Shown: positions 47,287 to 57,329, counted from the stretch's first letter. The stretch is DNA of 64,000 nucleotides from an uncultured Planctomycetota bacterium (GCA_963845755.1 CAWJTV010000034.1:352001-416000), one strand, 5' to 3'. A program made the numbers and translations. Notes: generated by a model not told the origin, from the sequence alone.

Positions 47287-47679
47287 TGACCCGACAGGCT
47301 TAAAAAACGAGCGGGGACGGGCTCCGAGTTTTCGAGGCGCCTGTCCTCGTTTTATTAGGGGCTCTCCATCCTCGAGCGTTCTTTGACAGGTGGTATCCGC
47401 GAACGACCCCCAACATAATTGAAATTGGCGCCCGTCCTGGCCCCGTTACCCACAGGATTACCAAGGTAGCTTCCCATTTCGTCCTCGGGCGCAGTGGTTT
47501 TGGAGAATTCGGATTCACGGTACCGAACCGGAACCGAACGGAGACGCTTCAATTCCTCCCACCTACCTCGGGAGGTCCGAAGTGGTTGCGCCATTCCGCC
47601 ACCCAGGGCTCGAGCGCGCGGCATCGGGTTTGCTTAACAGGGTTCCTCTCCAAATGAAAGAATTCCGAGACGCGCAGCC

Positions 47680-48459
47680 ATGCCAGTTGGTTTGAATCTT
47701 AGGCGAAGTCCGCCAAAGCAACCGAGTGTAAGACCTCATGAGTCGGCGACTGCCGCCGAGCCGACGCTCCTTGCCCATTCGATACCCCCTGTGATGACCG
47801 ATCCGGAAAAGCTCCACGAACTTCGGCGATTGTTGAGTGGATTCAGTCATCGTTGCCGAAATTCGCTTAACGGCATGAAGATGAGCCTGTACCTCTTCCG
47901 TCGCGAGGCCAGGGAGAGGATTCCCTCGTGCTGGGGCGACCTGGAACGGAAATACCAGCAGATCGAGGTGTTGTTCGACCATCTTCAGGCGCTCTACCGA
48001 CCCATGACATTGACCATGGTTCGTTCCTCCCTCGGCCTGCTCATCTCGGACCGTGCACCGAAATGGCAATCGTCATTGCAGGGCACGGAGCGAACGCTCC
48101 ATCTTGATCCACCGGCTCAAGAGGATGTCGGCGATTTCGATCCGATTCAACTCGGGATCGGCCTGGATGCTCTAGCGTCCTGGAGGGCGGAGTCCACGGA
48201 AAGGGGGACGCATACGCGGGTCGGATGGAGGATTCACGACGGATCCTTTGAAGTGTCCTGGAAAGAGCAATCGAAGGTCCTTCCGTGCACTTCATTCTTC
48301 GCCATCGGCCCAGGCTCTAACCCAACCCCACCGCCGCATTCCGTGGTCTTGCCTCTTCTTGCGCGGATTCTCCAGGCCCATGGAGGGCAACTCGAATCGC
48401 CCGACGAGTCGGCACTCTGCCTGAAGTTCCGCTGGCCGCAGTTCCACACCGTCTCGTGA
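47680..48459 (+). CDS. Degenerate histidine-kinase-like protein (H-box present, no sensor, eroded ATPase domain)
   Basis: FSHRCRNSLNGM resembles an H-box and LARILQAHGGQLE resembles the end of a HATPase_c domain; no N, G1 or G2 boxes are visible. Confidence 0.55.
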   Translation: MPVGLNLRRSPPKQPSVRPHESATAAEPTLLAHSIPPVMTDPEKLHELRRLLSGFSHRCRNSLNGMKMSLYLFRREARERIPSCWGDLERKYQQIEVLFDHLQALYRPMTLTMVRSSLGLLISDRAPKWQSSLQGTERTLHLDPPAQEDVGDFDPIQLGIGLDALASWRAESTERGTHTRVGWRIHDGSFEVSWKEQSKVLPCTSFFAIGPGSNPTPPPHSVVLPLLARILQAHGGQLESPDESALCLKFRWPQFHTVS

Positions 48460-48784
48460 GCGATCATCGCGGTCCTGGCCACCGAGCCGGGTGAAACCGA
48501 GCCGGCAGACCCGTGCTGCCATCGCGATCGAGAGGCGTCTCCGGCCAAACTTCGCCAGGCACAAAAACCATCAACACTTGATTGTTCAATCACTCCGAAC
48601 CTCGCTTGACGCCGACGCCTGATGCGGCTTAACATGCCTTGGTACAGTCCCGCGGAGACTTGAAATCGACTCTGGGATGGCGAACCTCCCGCGAGCTGGC
48701 GGCGGAAAATGGCTCGGAAGGAGCCGCGATCGTGGCCAGGGTTTCGCGTCATGACTCTGCGACGGTGTACGGAACGAGACTACG

Positions 48785-48859
48785 CGGGGCGTAGCGCAGC
48801 CTGGTTAGCGCGCCTGCCTTGGGAGCAGGAGGTCACCAGTTCGAATCTGGTCGCCCCGA
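48785..48859 (+). tRNA. tRNA-Pro (TGG)
   Basis: Acceptor CGGGGCG/CGCCCCG; CCTGC-CTTGGGA-GCAGG; ACCAG-TTCGAAT-CTGGT. Confidence 0.95.
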
Positions 48860-48910
48860 TCGCGGTTGTCCTTGGGGTAAGCCGCACCACGAGTTTCAGG
48901 GCGTAATGCC

Positions 48911-49612
48911 GTGCCAGCAGACAACGATTCCGCCAAGGGGCGAGCCGCCCGGGTCGGGGCAAGCCTGGTCGAAGACGGCATGACCGTCGGGCTCGGGTCG
49001 GGTTCGACGGCGGTACTGATGGTTCGACACCTCGCGGATCGAATCCAGAACGAGGAATTGAGCATCATCGGGGTCCCCTCCAGTGGATCGACGGCCGAGC
49101 TGGCGCGAAGCCTCGGGATCCCGCTGCGCGACCTCGACGAGGTCGGGGCGCTGGACATCAATCTCGACGGTGCTGACGAGATCGATCCGCAGTTCCGGAT
49201 GATCAAGGGCAGGGGGGGTGCCTTGCTGCGCGAGAAGATCGTGGTCGCGGCATCCGCCCGTCGTGTCACGATGATCGCGGACGAGAAGCGCGTCGCACAA
49301 CTCGGTCAATCCGCACCGATTCCCGTGGAAGTGAGCGTGTTCGGGATGAAGCACACCGAGCGCCTGTTGCAGCGACTCGGCGCCTCGACTTCGATCCGAC
49401 GGGGCGGAGACGGCACCCTCATCCTCACGGACGGGGGAAACGTCATCGTGGACTGCCGGTTTCCGGCCATCGCCGATCCGAGCTTGCTGGACACGCAGCT
49501 CCAGAGTCTGGCGGGCGTCCTCGAGACCGGCCTCTTCATCGGACTGTGCGATCTCCTGATCGTCGGCTCGAGCGCGGGTGTGGAACAGCTCACGTCGCCA
49601 GACGGGTCTTGA
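48911..49612 (+). CDS. rpiA: Ribose-5-phosphate isomerase A
   Basis: VGLGSGST, DGADE, IKGRGGALLREKIV, TDGGN and GVLETGLF. Confidence 0.95.
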   Translation: MPADNDSAKGRAARVGASLVEDGMTVGLGSGSTAVLMVRHLADRIQNEELSIIGVPSSGSTAELARSLGIPLRDLDEVGALDINLDGADEIDPQFRMIKGRGGALLREKIVVAASARRVTMIADEKRVAQLGQSAPIPVEVSVFGMKHTERLLQRLGASTSIRRGGDGTLILTDGGNVIVDCRFPAIADPSLLDTQLQSLAGVLETGLFIGLCDLLIVGSSAGVEQLTSPDGS

Positions 49613-50279
49613 GCTCGTCCAGGATCTCGGCGGTTCGCGAGGCACCGATTCGATCGCAGCCCACCTCGGCGCACGCGATCATCGACGGCAGGTCGCGCAC
49701 ACCGCCGGCCGCCTTCAACTTGACGTGCGGCGGCGAAGATTGCCGCATCAGGCGAAGGTCATCCAGCGTGGCGCCTCCCGTCCCGTAGCCTGTGGAGGTC
49801 TTCACATAGTCGGCGCCAACCTCCCCGCAGATCCGGCAGAGCCGTATCTTCTGTTCGTCGTTCAAATAACAGTTCTCGAAGATGACTTTCACGAGCGACC
49901 CGCCCTCGTGGGCAGCCCGCGTGACGGCCTCGATATCGGAAGCGACGGCATCCCACTCGCCGGCAAGCGCCTGTCCGATATTGATGACCATATCCAGCTC
50001 CGTCGCCCCATCGGCCATGGCCTGACGCACCTCGAGGACTTTCACCGCCGAGGCATGACCACCATGTGGGAAGCCCACGGTCGTGCCCACCGCGACCCCG
50101 GAACCTTTCAAGAGCCGGGCTGCGAGGGCGACCGCATACGGCTTGATGCAGACACTGGCCACACCGTATCGGGCGGCCAGCCGGCATCCCTCTTCGAGTT
50201 CGGATCCGCCGAGGGTCGGTCCGAGCAGCGAGTGATCGATTCGCCCAGCAATGGCGTCGTAGGTCAGGATGAAGCTCAT
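49590..50279 (-). CDS. deoC: Deoxyribose-phosphate aldolase
   Basis: IDHSLL, VGFPHG, ELDMVINIG, KVIFE, YVKTSTG, KAAGGVR and RIGAS. Confidence 0.95.
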   Translation of the reverse strand: MSFILTYDAIAGRIDHSLLGPTLGGSELEEGCRLAARYGVASVCIKPYAVALAARLLKGSGVAVGTTVGFPHGGHASAVKVLEVRQAMADGATELDMVINIGQALAGEWDAVASDIEAVTRAAHEGGSLVKVIFENCYLNDEQKIRLCRICGEVGADYVKTSTGYGTGGATLDDLRLMRQSSPPHVKLKAAGGVRDLPSMIACAEVGCDRIGASRTAEILDELKTRLAT

Positions 50280-50438
50280 GATCGGGAGGGTCCCCTGGTA
50301 CGTTCGGGCCGAGTAGATCCGAGAATCCCCGACTCGATTCTGACCTCCGAGACCGCTGGCGGCAAGTGGGCGGCTCTCGTCGAGACCCGGCGGGTTTCGA
50401 TTCCCAACGGGGCCGGAACCGACAGGGGCTGGGCGCGT

Positions 50439-51719
50439 TCAGGACGAGGGTGAGAGCGAGGGACGGTCGGCGCGGCGACGGAGTGCGGGAGTGGGGGGTC
50501 GGCGCGAACTCAGGGTCGGGCGGAACATCATCGTGATGGCCAGCGGGAGATAGAGCATGACCAGGGCGCCCCCCTTGTCGAGATACCAGAACTGGCTGGC
50601 GGCCAACAGGGCCGCGGACAGGGCGATCAGCTCGGCGAGCCCCTTTCCTGCGCACGCGATCATCGACCAGATCACCAGGGCCAGGTAGGCGATCAGCACG
50701 GGGAGCCGGAAGCTCGAATCCATGCTCACCCAGAAACTCGCCGAGGACGGCGGCTCGGTCTGGGGCCACAGACCGACTTCCGTGATGCTCCGCGCGCCCA
50801 GGGCCCGTGCCCAGTCTCGCAGGACAGGTACCGAGTGTCCCAGGAGCGCACAGCCCGACACGACGGCGGTCGCCACCACGAGGAACCGCAGGGCGCCTCG
50901 TCCCCGGAAGAACCCCAACCAGAGGGCGACCAGTCCCAGGCAGGCCGGTATCCAGCCGGCCGCCAGACCGATCAGGACCGCCGCCACCGTGGGGCGAAGA
51001 TGCCAGAACACGGCTCCCACGATCATCGCCGCGGCGATGAGCTGGCCACTGTCGACCAGGGCCATCCGCGTGTACGGCAGCAGCAGATAACACGCGGCCA
51101 TCGCCATGCCCGTGATCGGCCGTTCGAAATGTCGCCATCCGATCGCGATCAGCCCGACCACCAGGCCCAGGTGCGCCAGGCTGGCCAGCACGCGCTGGAC
51201 GATCACCTGCGGCTGCTGGTTCTTCAACGACGGGGGCAGGGGGGTGTTCTCAATCACCTGTTTCATGGTCGCACTGGCCTTGCCCGGTGTGAGCGGCGGC
51301 CGATGATTCTCGCGACCGGAGGGCTCCGCCGGATTCCGCGCCGCCCCCTCCTCGACCGGCAGGCTGACGGTCTCGGACAGCATCAACCCCAGCAGGCCGA
51401 CCGACAGGCACAGCAGCCCCGAAGCGTTCAGATTCGGCTCCAGGAGCGGGCGACGGGACAATCCCAGGTCGAGCACGCAGCGGAAGAACCACAGGCCCGT
51501 CCCGAGGAACAGCCAGATATACGCGGCCCATGGGGGCTGTTGCGACTTGCCCACGAGCAGCAGCATCCCCGGCACCAGTGCGAACAACAACAGCAGATCC
51601 AGGTTCCGCACGCTCCAGAAGCGGCTGAACTTGAAAAACACGGTGACGCACGCCAGCAGCGTGAGGAACAGCCAGACCTCGAGGCTCAAGTCCAAAGCAG
51701 TGACTAACGAACCGTCCAC
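50439..51719 (-). CDS. Polytopic membrane protein, possibly GT-C-like
   Basis: About 10 or more hydrophobic segments; directly downstream of rnc. Confidence 0.6.
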   Translation of the reverse strand: MDGSLVTALDLSLEVWLFLTLLACVTVFFKFSRFWSVRNLDLLLLFALVPGMLLLVGKSQQPPWAAYIWLFLGTGLWFFRCVLDLGLSRRPLLEPNLNASGLLCLSVGLLGLMLSETVSLPVEEGAARNPAEPSGRENHRPPLTPGKASATMKQVIENTPLPPSLKNQQPQVIVQRVLASLAHLGLVVGLIAIGWRHFERPITGMAMAACYLLLPYTRMALVDSGQLIAAAMIVGAVFWHLRPTVAAVLIGLAAGWIPACLGLVALWLGFFRGRGALRFLVVATAVVSGCALLGHSVPVLRDWARALGARSITEVGLWPQTEPPSSASFWVSMDSSFRLPVLIAYLALVIWSMIACAGKGLAELIALSAALLAASQFWYLDKGGALVMLYLPLAITMMFRPTLSSRRPPTPALRRRADRPSLSPSS

Positions 51720-51734
51720 GGCAGCCTCGTGAGA

Positions 51735-52460
51735 TCAATCCGACTCGTAGGGGAGGGGTTCCCCACCGAGCTGACACAACGCGTTGAGTGCCGCGCACTG
51801 CTCGGCTTCCTTCTTGTTGCGCCCCCAGGCCGGGGCGTAGCACCTCGTCCCGATCCGCGCCGAGATCTTGAAGCACTTCGAATGATCCGGGCCCTTCTCG
51901 TCCAGCAACTGGTAGCCCGGCGTCTCGCCGAACTCGCGCTGGGCGACCTGCTGTAATTGACTCTTGTGATTCAATCCGCCCTGGCCTTCCACGGCGGCGT
52001 CGATCTCGGGCCCGAACTGCCGGACGATGAATCGCCTCGCGGCCTCGATCCCGCCGTCGAGATAGACCGCCCCGATCAGGCTCTCGAGGACATCGCCCAT
52101 CATCGACGACGGCGTCTGATCGTGCGAACCCATCCCCTTGCCGATGATCAAGAAATCATCGATCCCCAGCTCCTGTGAGATCTTGGCGCAGGTCTTCCGC
52201 GAGACCACGATCGACTTGATCCGCGTCAGTTCCCCTTCCAGGTAGTCGGGAAACCTCTGAAAGAGCATATCGCAGACGATCGCCCCGAGGATCGCATCGC
52301 CGAGGAACTCGAGCCGCTCGTTCGACACCAGCCGGTGATTGGCACCCGAGGCATGGGTCAGCGCTTCGCGCAGGAGATCCAGTTCACGGAAGCCATGCCC
52401 GATGATCTCCTGGCATTCGGCCAGCAGCTCGGTGTCGTCGCTGTGAGTCATCCGCGGCAT
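51735..52460 (-). CDS. rnc: Ribonuclease III
   Basis: ALTHAS, NERLEFLGDA, ESLIGAVYLDGG, dsRBD KSQLQ..GPDHSK..GRNKKEAEQ. Confidence 0.96.
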   Translation of the reverse strand: MPRMTHSDDTELLAECQEIIGHGFRELDLLREALTHASGANHRLVSNERLEFLGDAILGAIVCDMLFQRFPDYLEGELTRIKSIVVSRKTCAKISQELGIDDFLIIGKGMGSHDQTPSSMMGDVLESLIGAVYLDGGIEAARRFIVRQFGPEIDAAVEGQGGLNHKSQLQQVAQREFGETPGYQLLDEKGPDHSKCFKISARIGTRCYAPAWGRNKKEAEQCAALNALCQLGGEPLPYESD

Positions 52461-52789
52461 GATCGCACCCAGAAGCCACCCAAGGAGTTGCGTTGCGGAA
52501 CTGATAGACTATAAGTCCCTCCCGGCCTTGTCAACCGCCTCATGATTGTGCGGCACAAGTCAAAGCAACATGATCGATCCCGTACCCGGGGCCGACTCGA
52601 TCGCACGTGCCGACGCCCAGCCGGACTCGCGATGGCCGACACACGCAGCCCGGCCACCACGGCCAGTCCTGAGCCAATCCATCAATTCGACATCCGTTTC
52701 GCTTCTAGGAGGAGATTCAAGGAGGGCTGACGGTCGGAGGACAGAGCCCCCTCCTCCACGCGGACTTCCAGCGTGACCAACGTCGTTTT

Positions 52790-52813
52790 GTAGGAGCCGG
52801 CTCCGTCCGGCGA
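52790..52813 (+). repeat. Single GTAG-type REP-like element
   Basis: GTAGGAGCCGGCTCCGTCCGGCGA: GTAG tetranucleotide followed by a short palindrome. Confidence 0.45.
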
Positions 52814-52959
52814 TCTTCATTCAAGCGTGAAGCGATCTAAGAGCGCATCACGCTTGCGTTGCGCACGCGAGGCTAGCCGATCATCTGCGGCCTGAGGAAT
52901 GCCGACGAAATAACTTCCCGGATTCCGGAGGTACTTAGTGACTATCTCGGAAGGTCTTT

Positions 52960-53025
52960 GTAGGGTGCTCTGTGAGCACCGATCCGGTGTACTTTGCCGA
53001 ATTCGGTGCTCACAGAGCACCCTAC
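52960..53025. repeat. REPIN-like inverted REP doublet
   Basis: GTAGGGTGCTCTGTGAGCACCGA (52960-52982) and its exact reverse complement (53003-53025). Confidence 0.85.
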
Positions 53026-53092
53026 GAGACGGCCATTGAGGCTTCCAGGACAGACTCGTACTTACCAGCGGGTTTTCGGGAAGTTGTTTCGT

Positions 53093-53284
53093 CAGCGGTC
53101 CAAAGGCCGCCGGAGCCCAGCCCCGGGTGAAACCCGGGGTCCGACAGCAAACCCGCATCCGAGCGGCCTGTAGGGCCGCAGGAGACCCCCGCCAGCACCC
53201 CTTCAGGGTGCACCCGTCGGGGCGGTGCGACCGAGTCCCGGGGTTTCCACCCCGGGCTGGGCTCCGGCGGCCCTTCAGGCCGCA
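53093..53284. repeat. ~190-bp nested palindromic repeat element
   Basis: Arms GGCCGCCGGAGCCCAGCCCCGGGTGAAACCCGGGG and CCCGGGGTTTCCACCCCGGGCTGGGCTCCGGCGGCC, with internal hairpins GCGGCCTGTAGGGCCGC and GCACCCCTTCAGGGTGC. Confidence 0.8.
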
Positions 53285-53532
53285 GAAGATCCGCTGTTTG
53301 CGTGCGCAACCCATCGGTGAAGCGATCTCGGCAGTCTCCGGGGAAGTCTCGCGCGCCCTCCGCTCGAATTCACGGAAGGAGGACTTCGGCCAGATAACCC
53401 ACGGCGCGATTGGGCGTTAGGTTCGATCTCGGGAGAATTCCCGTCCAAGTCCGAATAAAATCGTGGAAGGATTCCCCGGTCTCAAGACAGTATGGAGTAC
53501 CAGGTAGGGACAGGCAGACGGGAGTGCTCCTG

Positions 53533-55317
53533 ATGGCGATACGCGTTTCCGGAACGGCGATCGGTGAAATCCAGACCCTCTTCTGTTGGGGAGCGATGGG
53601 GTCGTGGACAGATAACCAGTTAGTGACGCAGTTCCTCGCCGGCCAGGATGGGAGCGAGGCTGCGTTTCGGATGCTGATCCATCGCCACGGGCCGATGGTG
53701 CTGGGCGTCTGCCGGCGGATCCTGGGCAACGAGCACGCGGCGGAGGATGCCTTCCAGGCGACCTTCCTGGTGCTGGTGAAGAAGGCGGGGAGGCTCCGGG
53801 ATTGCAATTTGCTGACGAATTGGCTCTACGGCGTGGCCCTCCGCGTGGCCAGCCGGGAGCGAGCCCGCGGGGCGCGTCGGCGTGTCGTGGAACAAAAAGC
53901 GGCCGAGTCATCGATCCGGTCCGAGGGCGAACTCGAACGGTTGGAGTTGCGGTCGGTCATCGATGAGGAGATCCGGCGACTGCCCGAGCGGTATCGGTTG
54001 CCGCTGCTGCTCTGCCACGTCGAGGGCCTGCGTCACGACGAGGTCGCGCAGCGGCTGGGCTGCCCGGTGGGGACGGTCGAGAGCCGATTGTCCCGGGCGC
54101 GGCAGCAGTTGCGAGCCCGGCTCGAACGGCGGGGGCTGGCGCCGTCGGCCTCGGCGCTGGGAGCCATCCCGCAATCGGAGAAAACCGGATGTCTTCCCCC
54201 CTCGCTGGTCGAGGCCACCGTCCAGGCCGCGGTCGGGCCGGCGGCCAGCCCGCCCGGGATCATGACCGCGGCGGCCTCGTTCGCTCTTCCACGCGTCGCT
54301 CGTCTCTTCGCCGGGCTTCCTTCCAGGGCCGCGGTGGTCGCGACGGCCCTGGCGATCTCCGTCGGCGCCGCCATCGGCCTGGGCGTCTTCCGGGTGGACG
54401 GCGAGACGCCTCGGCCCAGCTCGATGCCTCCCGCTCCAGTCGAGGATCCGGCTCGCGAGAGCCCGCATGCTCAGCCCGCGCGAGTCGTACCGATCAATCC
54501 ACTCCGGCCCTCGTCGGCCGTCGCCAGCCCCATCTCCGGCATCACCATCGACGGCCGGCTCGATGACTGGCCGAAGGATCTCGAGTCGTATCCGATCCGG
54601 CGCCAGCTCTCCGATCGGCCGGCATCCGACGCGAAATCTCGGGAGCGGAGTCGAGATCCCGAGGCGCACTTTCAGGCTGGGTACGACCACCAGGCCGGAT
54701 TGATCTATCTGGCCGTCGTGGTGCGCGACAGAGAATTCGTCGTCCCCGTCGCTGCAGAGAAGGGGCTCGAGAACAACCGCTACGAGACCGACGCGGTCGA
54801 GGTCTACGTCGATGGAGCCTTCTCCGATCGCAAGATCCCCGAACCGTCCGGGGACTGGCGTGAGTCGCTCAATGCCGCGACGATGCCCGTTCTCCAGTAC
54901 GTCGGCATTCCCGGCCCCGCTGCTGCCTATGGGGACCCCTGGGGTTCCAACCCGTCGCTGGTCTATGCCAGGACCCGGGAGCCGCGCACTCGGATGGAGG
55001 CTCGACGTGAAGGGGACCTCACAACCTACGAGTGGGCCATCCAGGCTTACGACCGATTCCCCGATCGGCCGACTGCACTCGTCGCCGGGAAGCGGATCGG
55101 ACTCGATGTGGTCGTCGTTGACAAGGACTCCGGCAAGGGACTGTCCGCCTGGATGTACTGGGGCCCGAAATACACTGGTTTCAAGGGCTGCGATGCCTCG
55201 AACCTCGGCGAGTTGATCCTCGCCGAAACACCTGGGCCGCATCACATCGCCCAACGCCCAGCCAACCGTTCGAGGGGCTTCTCCGAAAACTCCACGCCTT
55301 CGGTCTCGGCGGATTAG
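53533..55317 (+). CDS. ECF sigma factor with TM segment and C-terminal CBM9/DOMON-like sugar-binding domain
   Basis: TDNQLVTQF, HGPMVLGVCRRIL..AEDAFQATFLVL, WLYGVA, LGCPVGTVESRLSRAR; TM segment; ITIDGRLDDW, LIYLAVVVRD, DAVEVYVD, YEWAI, IGLDVVVVDKD. Confidence 0.85.
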   Translation: MAIRVSGTAIGEIQTLFCWGAMGSWTDNQLVTQFLAGQDGSEAAFRMLIHRHGPMVLGVCRRILGNEHAAEDAFQATFLVLVKKAGRLRDCNLLTNWLYGVALRVASRERARGARRRVVEQKAAESSIRSEGELERLELRSVIDEEIRRLPERYRLPLLLCHVEGLRHDEVAQRLGCPVGTVESRLSRARQQLRARLERRGLAPSASALGAIPQSEKTGCLPPSLVEATVQAAVGPAASPPGIMTAAASFALPRVARLFAGLPSRAAVVATALAISVGAAIGLGVFRVDGETPRPSSMPPAPVEDPARESPHAQPARVVPINPLRPSSAVASPISGITIDGRLDDWPKDLESYPIRRQLSDRPASDAKSRERSRDPEAHFQAGYDHQAGLIYLAVVVRDREFVVPVAAEKGLENNRYETDAVEVYVDGAFSDRKIPEPSGDWRESLNAATMPVLQYVGIPGPAAAYGDPWGSNPSLVYARTREPRTRMEARREGDLTTYEWAIQAYDRFPDRPTALVAGKRIGLDVVVVDKDSGKGLSAWMYWGPKYTGFKGCDASNLGELILAETPGPHHIAQRPANRSRGFSENSTPSVSAD

Positions 55318-55447
55318 CCGCTGATCAGATAGACGGGTGAGCCTCTCGAGTCCACGCGATCGGGTCCGGGGATCCTCGTCCACGCTGCGCGCATCGGGCG
55401 GGCCGGGGAATTCGCTGACGTTGTCCTGAAAACTCGGATGGGATAAC

Positions 55448-55942
55448 ATGATGATTTCTTCACTATTGATACCGATCTCCCGAGGCGTCGGCGCCTTCCT
55501 GCTCGGCGGGGTGATCCTCTGGCAGGTGGCCGAGCATTGCGGCCCGAGCATGGGCACGGCCATCGTCCATGTCTCGATGACCCCGGTGGAGGTGACGATC
55601 GATGAGACCACCTTCCCGGTCGAGTCGATCTGGATGACTCCCGTCGTCTGTGACCTGAGGCCCGGCCGCCACACGGTCCGGATGCTTCAGGAGGGCCGGA
55701 TGCTCTATGAAGAGCAATTCCTGTTGAAACCCGGCGAGGAGATAATCCTGACAGCCTGGGATGGGTACAAAGATGGGCGAAGTTCGCCCGAGACCGACTG
55801 GGGTGTGAACCCCGATCGAGCCCATCACGCGCCGACCTTGAAGGCTCCGGTCGCCCATGAATGCAGCGACCGATTATCGCCCGACCAGCCGAAAAGACGG
55901 CATGATGTTTGCAACCCTCCCTGGGGTAGTCGTGGCGATTGA
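55448..55942 (+). CDS. Membrane-anchored PEGA-like beta-domain protein
   Basis: N-terminal TM; VEVTID..TPVVCDLRPGRHTVRM..LKPGEEIILTA. Confidence 0.55.
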   Translation: MMISSLLIPISRGVGAFLLGGVILWQVAEHCGPSMGTAIVHVSMTPVEVTIDETTFPVESIWMTPVVCDLRPGRHTVRMLQEGRMLYEEQFLLKPGEEIILTAWDGYKDGRSSPETDWGVNPDRAHHAPTLKAPVAHECSDRLSPDQPKRRHDVCNPPWGSRGD

Positions 55943-56078
55943 TCGTCGTCCGGCTCACCCGCCACCGGAACCGGAGCTCGCTCCCCGGCCCTTTGCCGTG
56001 GATAACCGATGGGCCGGGGAGCGGCTCACACTGAGTGCGCCGTCGCGAGCCGGGCTTGCAACCAGGGGAGGAACCATC

Positions 56079-56516
56079 ATGGATCGTCGAGAATTGTTGA
56101 GCGGTTTGGGTGGTGGTATGGCCGGGCTGGCCGCCTTGGGAGTCGGCACCGCCCGCGCCGACCAAAAGGGTCACCCGCATGTCGAGCACTGCCAGACCCT
56201 GAGCGACTGTGCCAGGACCTGCAACGAGGCGTCCCATCACTGCCTCGGGCAGGTGGCCAAAGGTGGTCCCCATGCCGAGTACCACGTCAAGGCCCACGAG
56301 GCGGCGATGGACTGCCAGGCATTCTGCACGCTGACGGCCACCTTGGCGGCACGCAGTAGCCCGATGGCGCGGTACGCCCACGCCGCATGTGCCGACGCCT
56401 GCCGCGACTGTGCCGCAGCGTGTGAGGGGCACCAGGATGAGATCATGAAGGAATGCGTCACGGCGTGCCAGAACTGCGAGAAGATGTGTCGGCAGATGGC
56501 GGCTGGCACCCGCTGA
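56079..56516 (+). CDS. Tat-exported Cys-rich four-helix-bundle copper storage protein (Csp1/2-like)
   Basis: RBS GGAGG; MDRRELL twin-arginine signal; repeated CxxxC/CxxC (CADACRDCAAACE, CVTACQNCEKMC). Confidence 0.82.
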   Translation: MDRRELLSGLGGGMAGLAALGVGTARADQKGHPHVEHCQTLSDCARTCNEASHHCLGQVAKGGPHAEYHVKAHEAAMDCQAFCTLTATLAARSSPMARYAHAACADACRDCAAACEGHQDEIMKECVTACQNCEKMCRQMAAGTR

Positions 56517-56732
56517 CCGGCCGAGGATCGGCCGCTTGAACGGTTCTCAAAGGGTGTCCGAGAAGGACACGGTATCGTCGTGGTCTTGGGGTGGGTCGAG
56601 CCTGGATTCATCGAGGCGAGGCCCACCGGATTCGCCGGCATCGGTGGAGACCGGTCTGTTGCGAAGTTGAAACGTTTCCTGACCTGTTCCGAATCGGCAG
56701 CGTCTTTTCTGGCCGATTCAGATGGTAGTCGC

Positions 56733-56764
56733 TTGACAACTCCGCCTTAATTATGATATACAAT
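56733..56764 (+). promoter_or_regulatory. AT-rich promoter-like segment
   Basis: TTGACA followed by overlapping -10-like hexamers (TATGAT, TATACA, TACAAT); spacing is ambiguous. Confidence 0.4.
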
Positions 56765-56969
56765 GAGGAACCTTGCATGACGATGTGTGACCTGGGATCC
56801 TGCCGCCTTCCCGTGAATCACCTGGCTTCGAAGCCTTTCCATCACGCCTCTTTTATGAGGCTTGTGTGATTCCAGAAGAGACGATCTCGGTTGCCGAGCA
56901 TCCGCGAGGAAGCAGTAACTCAGGTGCTGGTTCCAACGATTATGCGACCCGTTGCACGGTAGATCTGCC

Positions 56970-57329
56970 ATGTCGGCGCACCGAGAATACCGGCATCTCC
57001 TTCTGAGAATGGGTCAGTCCAGCCTGGCCCGCGAAGAGCGAAAGCTCTCGGTTCGAGAATCCCTGAACACCGTCATTCTTGGCGGCCTCTCCACAGCGTT
57101 CGGTGTCATCGTGCTGATGGCGATGGGCATCGGGATGGAGGGACCTCCCGCTCGAGAATACCTCGACCACACGGGAGTCTGGGGCCTGCTGGCCATGTTC
57201 GGCGAATTGCTGGGTCTGGCCGGCATCATCCTGGCCCAGAAGCGGTACGGAGCGATCGCTCCGCTTTCGATCCTGGGGACCGTCCTCTGCCTGAGCCACT
57301 TCGTCCTCTTTTTGTGCATGAGACCATGA
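56970..57329 (+). CDS. Small hypothetical membrane protein with three TM helices
   Basis: Three hydrophobic stretches. Confidence 0.55.
   Translation: MSAHREYRHLLLRMGQSSLAREERKLSVRESLNTVILGGLSTAFGVIVLMAMGIGMEGPPAREYLDHTGVWGLLAMFGELLGLAGIILAQKRYGAIAPLSILGTVLCLSHFVLFLCMRP

Noticed and set aside
47290..47680. oriC downstream of parB
   Set aside because: Only one imperfect DnaA-box-like 9-mer (TTACCCACA, 47446-47454) and short AT patches; no box cluster and no dnaA/dnaN.
52700..52770. CsrB/Rsm-like sRNA (cluster of GGA motifs)
   Set aside because: The GGAs are not in evident repeated hairpin loops, and no promoter or terminator could be identified.
56735..56772. dif-like site
   Set aside because: Only the TGTATAT core resembles dif on the minus strand; the arms do not fit, and a promoter explains it better.
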